In this document: piece by piece, positions 37,657 to 51,239 of the stretch | Position numbering within the stretch: position 1 is the stretch's first letter | Layout: the number at the start of each line of letters is the position of its first letter | Assembly: GCF_006345805.1 (NCBI RefSeq) | Contig: NC_043017.1 | Span: forward strand, 12,586,001-12,650,000 | Source of the DNA: Octopus sinensis | Lineage: Eukaryota | Reading direction: 5' to 3' | Length of the DNA: 64,000 nt | Program-made: the position numbers and the translations under genes | The notes under the pieces: generated by a model | Told to the model about the DNA's origin: nothing | What the model saw: only the letters and a program-made list of their open reading frames with translations | Database searches by the model: none

Positions 37657-37698
37657 TACGATCCGTTTCGATTTACTGGAGTAAGCAAATCTCTTCAG
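37657..37698 (-). ncRNA. Hammerhead core lacking the 3' strand of stem I (Penelope-like fragment extends to ~37840)
   Basis: Minus: CUGAAGA-GAUUUGCU(UACUCC)AGUAAAUC-GAAACG(GAU)CGUA; 8-bp stem II closed by G:C; flanks do not pair. Confidence 0.55.
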
Positions 37699-37842
37699 AA
37701 TGCGAGTATAGATAAATGCAGTAAATCGTAAATGCTACCCTCATCTCTGCTTCTTCCTTCTTTGTTACCAATTTAATTAAAGACACACCAGAGTAAACCA
37801 CGAGTTTCCCATTGTTATTATATTCATTTTTTTATATATATA

Positions 37843-38189
37843 TCATCATCATCGTTTAACGTCCGTTCTCCATGCTAGCATGGGTTGGACGGTTCGACCG
37901 GGGATCTGGGAAGCCAGAAGGCTGCACCAAGCTCCGGTCTTATCTGGCAATGTTTCTACAGCTGGATGCCCTTCCTAACGCCAACCACTCCGTGAGTGTA
38001 GTGGGTGCTTTTTATGTGCCACCTGCACTGGTGCCAGGTGAGGCTGGCATTGGCCACGGTCGGATTGGTGCATTTTACGTGCCACCGACACCGAAGCCAG
38101 TCGAGGCGGCGCTGGCATCGGCCACGATTTGGATAGTGCTTTTTACGTATCTCCAGTCCAGGGGTCCTGGCATCCGCCGGGTGGCATAG

Positions 38190-38190
<1 letters not shown>
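37843..38190 (-). mobile_element. Family D retroposon
   Basis: Matches the other D copies. Confidence 0.8.
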
Positions 38191-38231
<41 letters not shown>

Positions 38232-40855
38232 CGAGAGAGAGTTATTACTAAGAACTCCATGTATTCTTATGGGCAGAGTCCAAGGTTATAGTTCATCACC
38301 ATTCTCTTTTGTAAATCCATGGTTGTGATAAAAGTGACTAATAGAATATATACCATGCTTTGAAGAAAAATAAGTCCTAGGGTCAATTTGTTCAACTAAA
38401 ACCGTTCGTGGCAGTGCCCCAGCATGGCCTCAGTCCACTGAATGAAACAAGTAATGTGTGTGTATATGTGTGAGCGTCTGTTAATGCATATGTCCCCTCT
38501 CCTTAGAGTTTAATAAACAATGTAGGTTTGTTTACATTCCTTAACTTAGCAGCTCAAGAAGAAAATACACAGTAATATTCAAGGATTTTTTTAAACAAAA
38601 AACAAAAAAAAAATGTGGATCTTTTATGCCACAAAATATTACACTTAGGTTTCCAAGTTTTAAATTTCCAACATAATTTATATGAGTCAACTCCGATGGT
38701 CTTTTATGCATGAATGGGAATTAGCAAAACTGTGATCAATAAGTAAATTGCCATATAAGTTGATACCAGAGGCCAATAACCATTAAGATACGTCATCCGA
38801 TAATTATTACAAATACTGATAAATTTATATTTATGATTGTCAGTAATTAGCTCTCATTGATTCTAATTTTAATGTCCTAGTTTCAAAGTGACCGAATGAA
38901 AGAGAAGAAAGAGTTTGTTTTAAAATTTGCAAAGTTTTTTTTCTGGTTTCATCATATCTTTTACTAGTTTCAGTCATTAGACTGTGGTCATGTTGGAGCA
39001 CTACTTTCAAGAATTCTTTTGTTTGCACGAATTGACCCTGGTACTTATTTTTTGTTAAGTCTGGTTAAGAGATCGATTAAAAAAAGTATTTCATCGATCT
39101 CTTTTGCCAAACTGCTAAGTTACAGGGACATAAACACACCAACACCGGTTGTCAAGTGATGGTGGGGGACAAACACACACACACATATATATATAACATA
39201 CTTCTTTCAGTTTCTTATTTCTTTACTGCCCACAAGGGGCTAAACATAGAGGGGACAAACAAGGACAGACAAAGGGATTAATTCGATTACATTGACCCCA
39301 ATGCATAACTGGCACTTAATTTATCGACCCCGAAAGGATGAAAGGCAAAGTCGGCCTCAGCGGAATTTGAACTCAGAACATAGGACAGCACACTGGGTGA
39401 AATGTTTAACAGTATTTCATCTAACATTTTTGCCAGCTCGCCGCCTTTAAGTTTCTGTCTACCAAATCTTCTTTCAGTTTCTGTCTACCAAATCTTCTTT
39501 CAGTTTCTGTCCACCAAATCCACTCACAAGGCTTTGGTCAACCAGATGCTAGAGTAGAAGACCCTTGCCCAAGGTACCATGCAATGAGACTTAACCCAGA
39601 ACCATGTTATTTCTTTATTTGAACCCAGAACCATGTGGTTGGGAAGCAAACTTCTTTCCACACAGCCTGAGCTTATTGTTCAAATTTGTGACATACTTCT
39701 TAAGTCATTGGCTGAGCCTTACTCTTTCACATGAACCTGTCAAACCCTTTTTTCTTTATTTTTTTTCTATTCATAGGTGGAAGAATGCCTAATCAGCTTG
39801 CTTCACAACCACATGGTTTCAGGGCTTAGTTCTACTGTGTGGCATCTTGGGTAAGTGTCTTCTGCTATAGCCCCAGGCTAACCAGGCCTTCGAAAGAATT
39901 TGGTAGACAGAAACTGAAAGGAGTCTATCATATATACATACATTATCTTTTATGTTTTACTTGTTCCAATTATTTAGACTACAGCTATGCTGGGATTATC
40001 ACCTTGAAGAATTTTATTCAAAGGCATACCAATACGTCTTTTCTTAAAACCTGGTACTTACTCTTAGTCACTTCAGGTAGCTGACGATATGCAGAATGAT
40101 GTATAAATAAATTTTCTAAATGGATCCAAAATTGCCCCTTAATGAGAGAAAGTAAACATACGCCTAGCAGTAATTGTTAAGAAAAGAAGAGATCATGTGA
40201 AGACAGGACAAATTTCAAAGAAAATTAAGGCCCTGTTTCTAAGGGCCTAAAGCCTCGGGTGAAGAAATCCAACAGGTTTTTAAGCAAAAAAAAAAAAAAA
40301 GGTAACACTTATTACAGATATGTTAGATATATATCCAGAGAGCAAAGGGAGGGGTTACGGTGGCTGTTTTTGCTAAAAAGGAAGTTAGTACAGATGGCTT
40401 AACTAACTTAAAGCCTAGAATATCCCACAAATCTACTGCAAAAACAAAAATAATAAAGTATGCATAGCAACAACTGTCAAGAGCATTCAAGAAACGGTCA
40501 CGAAGTGCAGAAAATCTAAGATTGGGGATTATTCTCAAGTATGTTTTTTTTTTCCAAGAGGAGGAGTTGGCTGGAAGGGGTTAGTAAAGTAGGGGTTATA
40601 TTATATATATTTTTTTTGTTTGTTTGTTTGTTTTTGTGGGTGTTTAGGTGTTGGAAGTTTGGTGAATGATGTAGGAGGGGTTTGTTTATTATCGGTCAAG
40701 GACCCCTTTGTTTGCATTTGCTGGCAGCAAGTTCTATGTTGTTCAAAAGCGAAATGGTGACGGAGAGAAAAAGAAAACTCAGAAAAACTGTTTGTCCGAA
40801 CATGTCCTGTTGTCGTTCAACAGATGCAAAAATAGGAGGGAAAAGTTTGTTCGCT

Positions 40856-41222
40856 TTGCTAACCAACCACATGGCTCCGGGTTCAGTCCCACTGCGTGGC
40901 ATCTTGGGCAAGTGTCTTCTGCTATAGCCCCGGGCCAACCAATGCCTTATGAGAGGATTTGGTAGACGGAAACTGAAAGAAGCCTGTCATATATATGTAT
41001 ATATGTATGTGTTTGTGTGTCTGTGTTTGTCCCCTAGAATTGCTTGACAACCGATGCTGGTGTGTTTATGTCCCCGTCACTTAGCGGTTAAGCAAAAGAG
41101 ACCGATAGAATAAGTACTAGGCTTACAAAGAATAAGTCCCGGGGTCGATTTGCTCGACTAAAAGGTGGTGCTCCAGTATGGCCGCAGTCAAATGACTGAA
41201 ACAAGTAAAAGAGAGTAAAGAG
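40856..41222 (+). mobile_element. SINE A, slightly 5' truncated
   Basis: Matches 8077-8482. Confidence 0.85.
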
Positions 41223-42164
41223 TATATATCTGTTTTAACACACTAGCATACATTAGACCAGTGTTTCCCAAACGTTTTAGGGCTGCCACTCCTTTGGCAC
41301 CTGGGCCACATTCCTAGCACACCCCCACCCCAAACTGGATCTTTCCACTGCTCCCCTGGTGGAGAGGGACAGAATAGCCCACTTTAGGACCCACTGGGTC
41401 AGGCTAAAACTGTTGTTAAGGTCACTGTTTTACACACAAACACACATACTTATTAGCACTCCGTCGGTTACAACAAGGTTCCAGTTGATCCGATCAACCA
41501 AACAGCCTTCTCATAAAATTAACATGCAAGAGGCTAAGCACTCCACAGACATGCATACCGATTTCTTTACTACCCACAAGGGGCTAAACACAGAGAGGAC
41601 AAACAAGGACAGACAAATGGATTAAGTTGATTATATCAACCCCATTGCATAACTGGTACTTATTTAATTGACCCCAAAAAGATGAAAGGCAAAGTCGACC
41701 TCAGCGGAATTTAAACTCAGAACGTAGTGGCAGACGAAATACCGCTAAGCATTTTGCCCAGTGTGCTAACGTTTCTGCCAGCTCTCCACAGACATGCATA
41801 CCCTTAACGTAGTTCTCAGGGAGGTTCAGCGTGACGCAGTATGTGACAAGGTTGGCCTTTTGAAATACAGGTAACCTCACTTTTACCAGCTGAGTTGACT
41901 GGAGCAACATGAAATAAAAGGTCTTGCTCTGGGATACAAGATGCCACCAGGTATCCAACTCACAACCTCGAATTATGTAAGGGTGGTCACAATTGTATTG
42001 TCTCTGATCATAAGTCTATTCTATCTGAATGAACTCGCAAGTTAAACAGCAGCAGCAATATCATTAATAATGGATCCCTCCCATCATCGGTAGTGCCACA
42101 CTGGTTACTAATATTCCCCACCCTCCAATAAAAGCACATTAGTTTTACTATTCTGTCTTGGGTC

Positions 42165-42640
42165 GCAAACTGGCAGAAACGTTAGCACGCCGGGCGAAAT
42201 GCGTAGCAGTATTTCGTCTGCTGTTACGTTCTGAGATCAAATTCCGCCGAGGTCGACTTTGCCTTTCATCCTTTCAGGGTCGATAAATTAAGTACCTATT
42301 TCTTTACTGCCCACAAGGGGCTAAACACAGAGACGACAAACAAGGACAGACAAACGGATTAAGTCGATTATATCGACCCCAGTGCGTAACTGGTACTTAT
42401 TTAATCGACCCCCGAAAGGATGAAAGGCAAAGTCGACCTTGGCGGAATTTGAAATCAGAACATAAGCAGATGAAATACGGCTACGCATTTCGCCCAGCGT
42501 GTTAACGTTTCTGCCAGCTCGCCACCTTGTCGATAAATTAGGTACCAGTTATGCACTGGGGGTCGATGTAATCAACATAATCCGTTTGTCTGTCCTTGTT
42601 TGTCCCCTCTGTGTTTAGCCCCTTGAGGGTAGAAAAGAAA
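42165..42640. mobile_element. SINE C (+) interrupted by an inverted SINE C (-, 42296-42528)
   Basis: 17-bp TSD GTCGATAAATTA(A/G)GTAC at 42279-42295 and 42529-42545. Confidence 0.85.
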
Positions 42641-42719
42641 TATATTTTGTCTTGGGTCTGTGTTTTCAAGTGTAAAGGTTCTTTTGGAGAAACCTACCAC
42701 CTGTTGGTGTGAAACGAAA

Positions 42720-43370
42720 CTACAATATCAGATAGAAACACAGAGATGAGGGGCATCGAGAGACACAAACAGTTAAGGGGGAAGACAAACACATGTACAC
42801 ACAAAGAAGAGGACAGGAAAGAGAAATAGGAAAGAGAAAGAGACACAGAGAATGGAGTGAACACATACACACATATACACAAACACACAAGGGAGCAGAG
42901 ATGCACACAGACACACACATTCCAACATGGGAACAGAGTGAGAAACAAAAGTAGAGGGTGAGAGAATGAGAGAGAGAGTGAGAGAATGAGAGAGAGTGAG
43001 AATGAGAATGAGAGAGAGTGAGAGAATGAGAGAGAGAGTGAGAATGAGAGAGAAAGAGTGAGAGAATGAGAGAGAGAGAGAGTGAGAATGAGAGAGAGAG
43101 TGAGAATGATAGATGAAGGACAGAAAGGAGAGAAGTGGAGAAAGATAGAGTAAGAGAGTGAGAGAGAGAGAAACATACAGAGATTAACATAGACAGGACA
43201 GAGAAAGACAGAGAAAGAAAAAGAGAAAGAGGAAGAGGGAGAGCGAGATAAGGAGAGGAAGAAAGAAACTGGAAGGGAGAGAAAGAGAAGGAGAAGAGGA
43301 GAGAGAAAGGGGAGGATTTAGTGGAAAGAAAACAAGGAAAGAGTTATACAGAGAGACTGAGAGGGATGTA
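42720..43370. repeat. Purine-rich (GA)n / gagagagtgagagaat minisatellite-like tract
   Basis: Direct inspection. Confidence 0.85.
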
Positions 43371-43384
43371 GAGTCTATTAATCA

Positions 43385-44170
43385 TCGCCCACAACAATTG
43401 AACACCTAGTGTCTAGCTTTGTCAACAAGATCGTTGGTGGTGGTGGTGGTGTTGCCATAGTGATAATGGTAAATGTTGTGGGAGGGGAAGAAAGACTGTG
43501 GTGGTGGTGGTGGTGGCGGTAATGAAGCCTGCAGGTGATGGTGATGATGGAAAGACAGAGGTAGGAAGCGAAGGTAAGACAGATCGTGACAGTGGTGGCA
43601 GTCGGAAAGACAAGTGGTAGCATGGGTGGTGGTGAAGGTGGCAGTAGGGCGTATCGATGATGGGTGGGCGGTAAAGGGTGGGGGGGGGGTGATGTGGACA
43701 AGAAGCATTTTGGTAGGGATGTAGTAGAAGTAGTGCGGGTGGGATGACAATAAGAAATATGGGTGGAGGGCATAGGAAAGACGCTAAGGAAAATTGTGAA
43801 GGTGGTGACAATGATGCTGGTGATGACAATAGTGATGATGTTGATGATGAAGACGACGACGATGGTGGTGAGGGTGGTGGTGGACGGGGTTATGATAGTA
43901 GTTGTGACAATAGTGATGATGATGATGAAGACGACGACGATGGTGGTGATGATGGTGGTAGTGGAGGTGGTTATGATAGTAGTTGTGACAATAGTGATGA
44001 TGATGATGATGAAGACGACGACGACGACGATGGTGGTGATGATGGTGGTAGTGGAGGTGGTTATGATAGTAGTTGTGACAATAGTGATGATGATGATGAT
44101 GATGAAGGCAGTGCTGATGGTGATGGCGTTGGTAGAGATGATAGCGATGATGATGATGGTAATGATGATA
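43385..44170. repeat. (GGT/GAT)n field with 81-90-bp higher-order units
   Basis: ggttatgatagtagttgtgacaatagt recurs at 43888, 43969 and 44059. Confidence 0.85.
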
Positions 44171-44498
44171 TACGTATGTCTACTCAACCAAACAACAGGT
44201 TAAAAAAAAAATACAATTTACAATGTACGCACACAGAAATACACTGACACACACACACACACACATACTGAGACACACAGACACGGCCACCCACATGACA
44301 AACATTTATTTTTTTTTTGTCTTTTTATCTCATTCTAAGAGTCTATCTCGTTATTGAATCTCCACTAACATTTGCCAGAGACAACCCACAACGATCACCA
44401 TTAACCATCACCATCAATCATCAATCATAACCACCTCACTGCCAATGCCAACACTCCTATAAAACCATCATCTGCTGCCTCACATTTGCTATAACCTG

Positions 44499-44499
<1 letters not shown>

Positions 44500-44530
<31 letters not shown>

Positions 44531-44758
44531 CAGATATATACACCTATATCCTATATTTATATACACATCAGTATGAGTTAAACAGAGTACAAAATCTATT
44601 AGCAAATGTAGGACAACCATCATGATATTATTTCATTTACACACACACATACATAAATATAAATATACGTATATATACACAATATACACATACATATGTA
44701 CAAATATATATATAATATATATATATATACACACACACATATATATATACACACATGT

Positions 44759-44801
<43 letters not shown>

Positions 44802-44911
44802 TATATACACACATGTATACATATATATATATATACATACACACACATATATACACACATGTATACATATATATATATATATACATACACACACACATAT
44901 ATACACACATG

Positions 44912-44971
<60 letters not shown>

Positions 44972-45068
44972 CACACACACATATATACACACATATGTAT
45001 ACATATATATATATATGTACAAATATATAATATATATATATACACACACACATACATATACACACATG

Positions 45069-45099
<31 letters not shown>

Positions 45100-45185
45100 A
45101 ACACACACAATATACACGTACATATGTACAAGCATATATATATATATATATATACAAATATATAATATATATATATACACACATG

Positions 45186-45216
<31 letters not shown>

Positions 45217-45450
45217 ACAATATACACATACATATGTACAAGCATATATATATGTGTACAAATATATATATAATATATATATACACACATGTATACATAT
45301 ATATATACACACATATGTATACATATATATATATACACACACACACACACTATATATATATAAACGTACATACATATACACATATAGAGACAGATATACA
45401 AGTGTTTAATATATCTGTATGTATATGTCTACATGTGTATATATAACATG
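44500..45450. repeat. Long compound (TA)n/(CA)n field
   Basis: Direct inspection; source of the 237-274 aa Y/I/H/T ORFs. Confidence 0.95.
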
Positions 45451-45802
45451 TATGTTTATCCCATATAGATAACCATCATGACACACATTAAGAGCGGCAC
45501 AAGCAGCATCCACATCACACTGCTTCATCATTATCATCAAATAATAGGTTAACATACTTCGTTATTTTACTGCTCTTACAAGGATTCCATCATCATCATC
45601 ATCGTACTTTTCAGTGACAATAATTTAAAATTATTATTTTTTTGTTTTGTTTTCGGTTGTTTTTCTTTTGTCTTGTTTTTTTTTTCTCCTCTTCTTCATC
45701 ATTTTGTGAATCCACTTTACATGGCTTCTTGCAGCCTGATCATTATCACCATCATCATCATCATCATCATCATGGTATAATAATAATAATAATAATGATA
45801 CT

Positions 45803-46032
45803 CTTACTCTCTCTCTTTTACTCTTTTACTTGTTTCAGTCATTTTGATTGCGGCCATGCTGGAGCACCGCCTTTAGTCGAGCAAATCATCGACCCCGGGA
45901 CTTATTCTTTTGTAAGCCCAGTACTTATTCTATCGGTCTCTTTTGCCGAACCGCTAAGTGACGGAGACGTAAACACACCAGCATCGGTTGTCAAGCAATG
46001 CTAGGGGGACAAAGACAGACACACAAACACAT

Positions 46033-46097
<65 letters not shown>

Positions 46098-46156
46098 CAC
46101 ATATATACGACAGGCTTCTTTCAGTTTCCGTCTACCAAATCCACTCACAAGGCATT
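45803..46156 (-). mobile_element. SINE A, head truncated
   Basis: Tail and body match the other A copies. Confidence 0.85.
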
Positions 46157-47252
46157 GGAGATCAAAGTCTGCAGAAGGCGAGGAAGAGGCTGACTGACTT
46201 CCAAGTTAATAATATCAATGCCGTGGACATCAAACAGTTCCAGTAACTAGATACAAGCACAAACTGTTCACAAGTGGTCGACTTCTTCGATAGTTGTCCA
46301 AGAGTTCCTCTAGTGATTCTGAATATTTGTGTTTACAAACCCTTTCCCTCAATACCTATAGCAAGAACCAAGCCCTCATTAGCAAATTGGTGCAATTGTC
46401 ATGCAACAATGGTGTTAGTTTACTGCCTCTTGACAGCGATCCCAACACATTTATTGACCAATCAACATTGAGGAAATTCAATACTTCATTTATCAACTGG
46501 GGGGTGGGGACTGAAAATGTGAGGGGTAGGGCAAACAAAGAAATAACCGAAGCAATAAAGAAAGAGAGAGAGAAAGAGAGAGTCTTGCAACTAACTAAAA
46601 TAACTTGTAGTACTTAGCAGTTTTACAGTGTTTCTTCGACATTCTGAGTTCAAATCCCTCAGGAGTCGGACTTTATCTTTTATCTCTCTGAGATCAATAA
46701 AACACAAACACTCTGTGAGATATGGGTATGGGTAGTGTGGGATGGAGGGTAAACAGAAATGGGGGGGGGAGTAGAGTACTTCTATTCAATTGAACGTATT
46801 ACTTAGTCATATAAATTTGTGGCCTTGTGCCAACTTAAGATATCAATAACAACAGTTTGTGATATTACACCTAGCATGTACGTGTATGTGAATGGATGTG
46901 TGCGTGAGAGAGAGAGAGAGATAAATCAACTGCTTGGCTAGCCATGTTCAAGGCTATAGCTGATTGATTGTTCCATGGTGGCTTCCAGGTTTGGAATAAA
47001 TGGAAGCTGTCACATTTATGCTTCGCCCAAAAGTATAAACCCACACATTGTCAACACTTTTGTTACCATATTTCTCTTGAAGTACATAGTCTTTGTTTCA
47101 ATTAAAGACGTAAAAATAATGAAGAATTCATAAATAATTCTGTCATTAATTTGATGTTTGGAACATTAATTAACATGAAATTTTGAAGGTTTAATTTAGA
47201 TCACTTTAACCCTTCTGTTACCATATTTCTGTTGAAATACACTGCCTTTGCA

Positions 47253-47570
47253 CATTATTTACTTATGCGCCCTTTTCAAGCCTAGCCAGGCTCATGGGCC
47301 CAGTTTCCCAGTTTCTATGGCGTATGTGTTCCCCACCAACTGGACAGGATGCCAGTCCATCGCGGCGTTACTCAAAAAAGAGGAAGAAAGAGTGAGAGAT
47401 AGTTGGGGGCGAAAGAGTACAACAGGGGTCACCACCACCCCCTGCCGGAGCCTTGTGGAGCTATAGGTGTTTTCGATCAATAAACACACACAACGCCCGG
47501 TCTGCGAATCGAAACCGCAAACCTCTGACTGTGAGTCCACTGCCCTCACCACTGGGCCATTGCGCCTCCG
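47253..47570 (-). mobile_element. SINE with family-B head and V-domain-like body
   Basis: Minus: ggaggcgcaatggcccagtgg head, then gcgatggactggcatcctgtccag (47340-47363), which resembles the V-SINE domain as I recall it. Confidence 0.6.
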
Positions 47571-47747
47571 CTACCTTTTGCGATGGTGGGGTGGGGGGGG
47601 GGGGAAACACAGACCCCGAAGACATTGGAACTGCACACATACTGCATAAAGTACAATCTGTCAGAGGGCCTTGTTGTGACTTGACAGACAGTACAAACCC
47701 CTGTAGACACAATATCTTCAATCTACAACATCACAATATCATATAGT

Positions 47748-47982
47748 TATTTCTTTATTACCCACAAGGGGCTAAACACAGAGGGGACAAACAAGGACAG
47801 ACATAGGTATTAAGTCAATTAGATTGACCCCAGTGCGTAACTGGTGCTTAATTTATCGACCCCGAAAGGATGAAAGGCAAAGTCGACCTCGGCGGAATTT
47901 GAACTCAGAACCTAACGACAGACGAAGTACGGCTAAGCATTTCGCCCGGCGTGCTAACGTTTCTGCCAGCTCGCCGCCTTCC
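47748..47982 (-). mobile_element. SINE C, full length, young
   Basis: 15-bp TSD ACAATATCATATAGT at 47733-47747 and 47985-47999. Confidence 0.9.
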
Positions 47983-48129
47983 AAACAATATCATATAGTG
48001 TGCAGCATCTTCCATAATAATAACAACAAAACAAAATGCAATGAAGTTGCAAGAACTGTCAACATTTGTACCAGTGATATTATGTGTAACTATTGCCTTG
48101 TTTCTGAACTTTGACCTACAACACAATGA

Positions 48130-48690
48130 CTTGTAATAAACAGCAGAAGCAGCAGTCAACCAATCACCACTACCGACACCACCATCAACATCCTCCCCAA
48201 CACCATCACTATCATTACCAATGCCACAATCATCATGACCACCACCACCACCATCATCTTCATAATAACTGTCATCATCATCATCATCATCATCATCACC
48301 ACCATTTTCAACACAACCAACCATTATCATCATTGTTTTAACCACAATCATCATCATCATCACCATCACCATAACAACTGTCATCATCATCATCATCATA
48401 ACCATCAGCACAATCATTACCATTTTGTAACACCACCACCACTCACTACTACCATCATCAACTCACCCTCATCATCATCACCATCACTATTATAACCACA
48501 GATGCTTCTCCCACTGCTGCTGCTACTGCCATCATCATCATTACCATATTTCCACCTGACCATCAGCAGAACAACAATTATTTTCGCCCATCACCTTCAA
48601 CAACAACACCACAACCGTTAACACCACTTCCATTATCAATGTCCTCACCACACTACCTCCATTATCAACACCACCACCCACCCACCACCA
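48130..48690. repeat. (CAT/CAC)n field
   Basis: Direct inspection. Confidence 0.9.
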
Positions 48691-49199
48691 CCACCATAGC
48701 AATTTAGGATGTTGGTTGTCGACTCCACCCAAGACAATCTTTGAAATAAAAACTAAAAAAAACTCAAAACAAAAACCCCCAAAACTTGACGTCAACACTA
48801 AGTGGCCACCATTAAACTTCATTTTTGAAAAAAAAGAAAAAAATTTACAAGTTTTTATTTAATGCAATTTATTTTTAGATTTTTGCTTTTGTTTTCTGTT
48901 CATTTTCTCTTTTTAAGTTCATCCACAAATTGGTTTTGAAAATTAGACATCATTAATGCTTCAATGATATTATTATTATCATTATTATTATTATCAGGGT
49001 GGTGAGCTGGTAGAATTGTTTGTAAGGATGGACAAAATCCTTAGCAGCATTTTGTCCATCCTTACAGATTTTGACTTCGACTTTCATCCCTTCAGGGGCA
49101 AGGAAATAAGTACTAGGTATGCACTGAGGTTGATGTAATTGACTAGCCCCCTATATATACATACTTAATTACAAGGTGACCAAAAGTGTACATATGCCG

Positions 49200-49242
<43 letters not shown>

Positions 49243-49362
49243 ATATATATATAAAAAATGGAACAAGAACGCAACAGACGACAATTGGACATATATCATC
49301 ATCATCGTTTAATGTCCGTTTTCCGTGCTAGCACGGGTTATATGTATATATATATATATATA

Positions 49363-49770
49363 TTACTCTTTTACTTTTACTTGTTTCAGTCATTTGACTG
49401 TGGCCATGCTGGAGCATCGCCTTTAGTCAAGCAACTCGACCCCGGGACTTATTCTTTGTAAGTCCAGTACTTATTCTATCGGTCTCTTTTGCCGAACCGC
49501 TAAGTGACGGGGACATAAACACACCAGCATCGGTTGTCAAGCAATGCTAGGAGGACAAACACAGACATACATGCACACACACACACACACACATATATAT
49601 ACATATATACGACGGGCTTCTTTCAGTTTCCGTCTACCAAATCCACTCACAAGGCTTTGGTCGGCCCGAGGCTATAGTAGAACACACTTGCCCAAGGTGT
49701 CACGCAGTGGGACTGAACCCGGAACCATGTGGTTCGTAAGCAAGCTACTTACCATACAGCCACTCCTGCA

Positions 49771-49771
<1 letters not shown>
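49363..49771 (-). mobile_element. SINE A, full length
   Basis: Head and tail intact. Confidence 0.85.
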
Positions 49772-49818
<47 letters not shown>

Positions 49819-50399
49819 GTGCTGATGCCATGTAAAAAACATCCAGTCCATACTGTAAAGCAGTTGGTGTTTGGAAAGGCATCCAGCTGTAAAAACCTTG
49901 CCAAAACTGACCTAGCCTGTGCTTGTGCCACATAAAAAAAGCACTCAGTCTGGTCTGTTGGGTGGTTGGTGTTGGGAAAGGCATCCAGCTGTAAAACCCT
50001 GCCAAAACAGACACAGATGTTTGGTGCAGTCTTCTGCCAGGCTATCTTCTATCAAACCATCCAACCCATGCCAGCATGGAAAGGCAGACGTTAAACGACG
50101 ATGATGATAGTGATGATATATATATATAGAGAGAGAGAGAGAAAAAGAGAGAGAGATGGGGGAATAAGACACATACATACAAGCTAATAATACACAGATA
50201 TAGAGTTATAAAGTCTTTGTGAAATTTCTAAAATCTTTATAAATTAGTTCTATATATAGTAGAATTAATTCTCTTGAAATGTTAAATGAAAGAATTTATT
50301 GCATTTTTACAGAGATTTATTCTCAAGATTGTCAAATTTTCAACACAACCACCCCTACACTTTTCACCCTCACCAACACCTTCTATCACACACATACCA

Positions 50400-50560
50400 T
50401 CCGTCCTCCCCGCCCCTACATGCCCGCCTCCGCAAACCGATCTTCAGTTATGCTCTGAATCTCATTAATTATCCTAGCCCGCAAGACACTCACTTCTATG
50501 TAACGAGGTTTTGTTAAACAAACGCTAGTCTTCTTACATACGCCCATAAAAATAGAGTTG
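50400..50560 (-). promoter_or_regulatory. CpG-rich patch with two GC boxes and a minus-strand donor
   Basis: ccccgcccc at 50408-50416, cccgcc at 50423-50428, GAA|gtgagt donor after 50494; no similar copy elsewhere in the window. Confidence 0.25.
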
Positions 50561-51239
50561 AAGTAATTATCAATTTGGTAGTTTGTTTGCTTGTTTAAAT
50601 TGATAAACAATTAATAAACAAAAAAAAAATTTTTTTTTCATTAACGATGTTAACACAGATATGCCAGGCTTTTAAAATGTTGTTCACAAATTAATTCTGT
50701 CAGGTGTAGCACTGGTTATAAATAATTTAAAATTGCACAAATGACTATATGACGACCAACACCATTGCCATCATCATCATCTTCATAATTATCACTGGTT
50801 TAACATCCAATTTTCCAAGCTTGCATGGGTCAGATGGAATTTATTGAAGCAGATTTTTTTTACAGCTGGATGGCTGCCTTTACTGCTGTCAACCCTCACC
50901 TGTTTCCAAGCAAGGTAATAATTCCTATTGAGCAGGCATGTTTTCACAACAGAATGGAAATGCATAATATAAATGCTCATAGCCAAAATTGACAGAGAAC
51001 CATTCATCCATACACATATATATATATGTACACAGAAACACACACATATATATGTGTATATTTATGTTTGTATACCTGTGTGTGGTGTGTGTGTGTGTGT
51101 GTATGTACAGTTTTAGTTTTTAGATAGACACCTAGATAATATATGTATATCTATCTATACATATATATTTTACGATTGCACTAAGGCATAATGATATTAA
51201 TAACCTGTTGTTAGATATATATATATATATATATATATA

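Noticed and set aside
40090-40540. Lys-rich coding-like stretch
   Set aside because: In-frame stops and no recognisable domain.
44620-45446. Longest ORFs (237-274 aa), and similar ORFs at 3.1, 13, 16, 20.5, 56 and 62 kb
   Set aside because: Translations of TA/CA dinucleotide repeats, which lack stop codons; open in several frames on both strands.
46156-46510. Coding-like unique sequence (ORFs 46274-46617)
   Set aside because: Stops and frame changes with no motif I can name; possibly a decayed retroelement end, needs tBLASTx.
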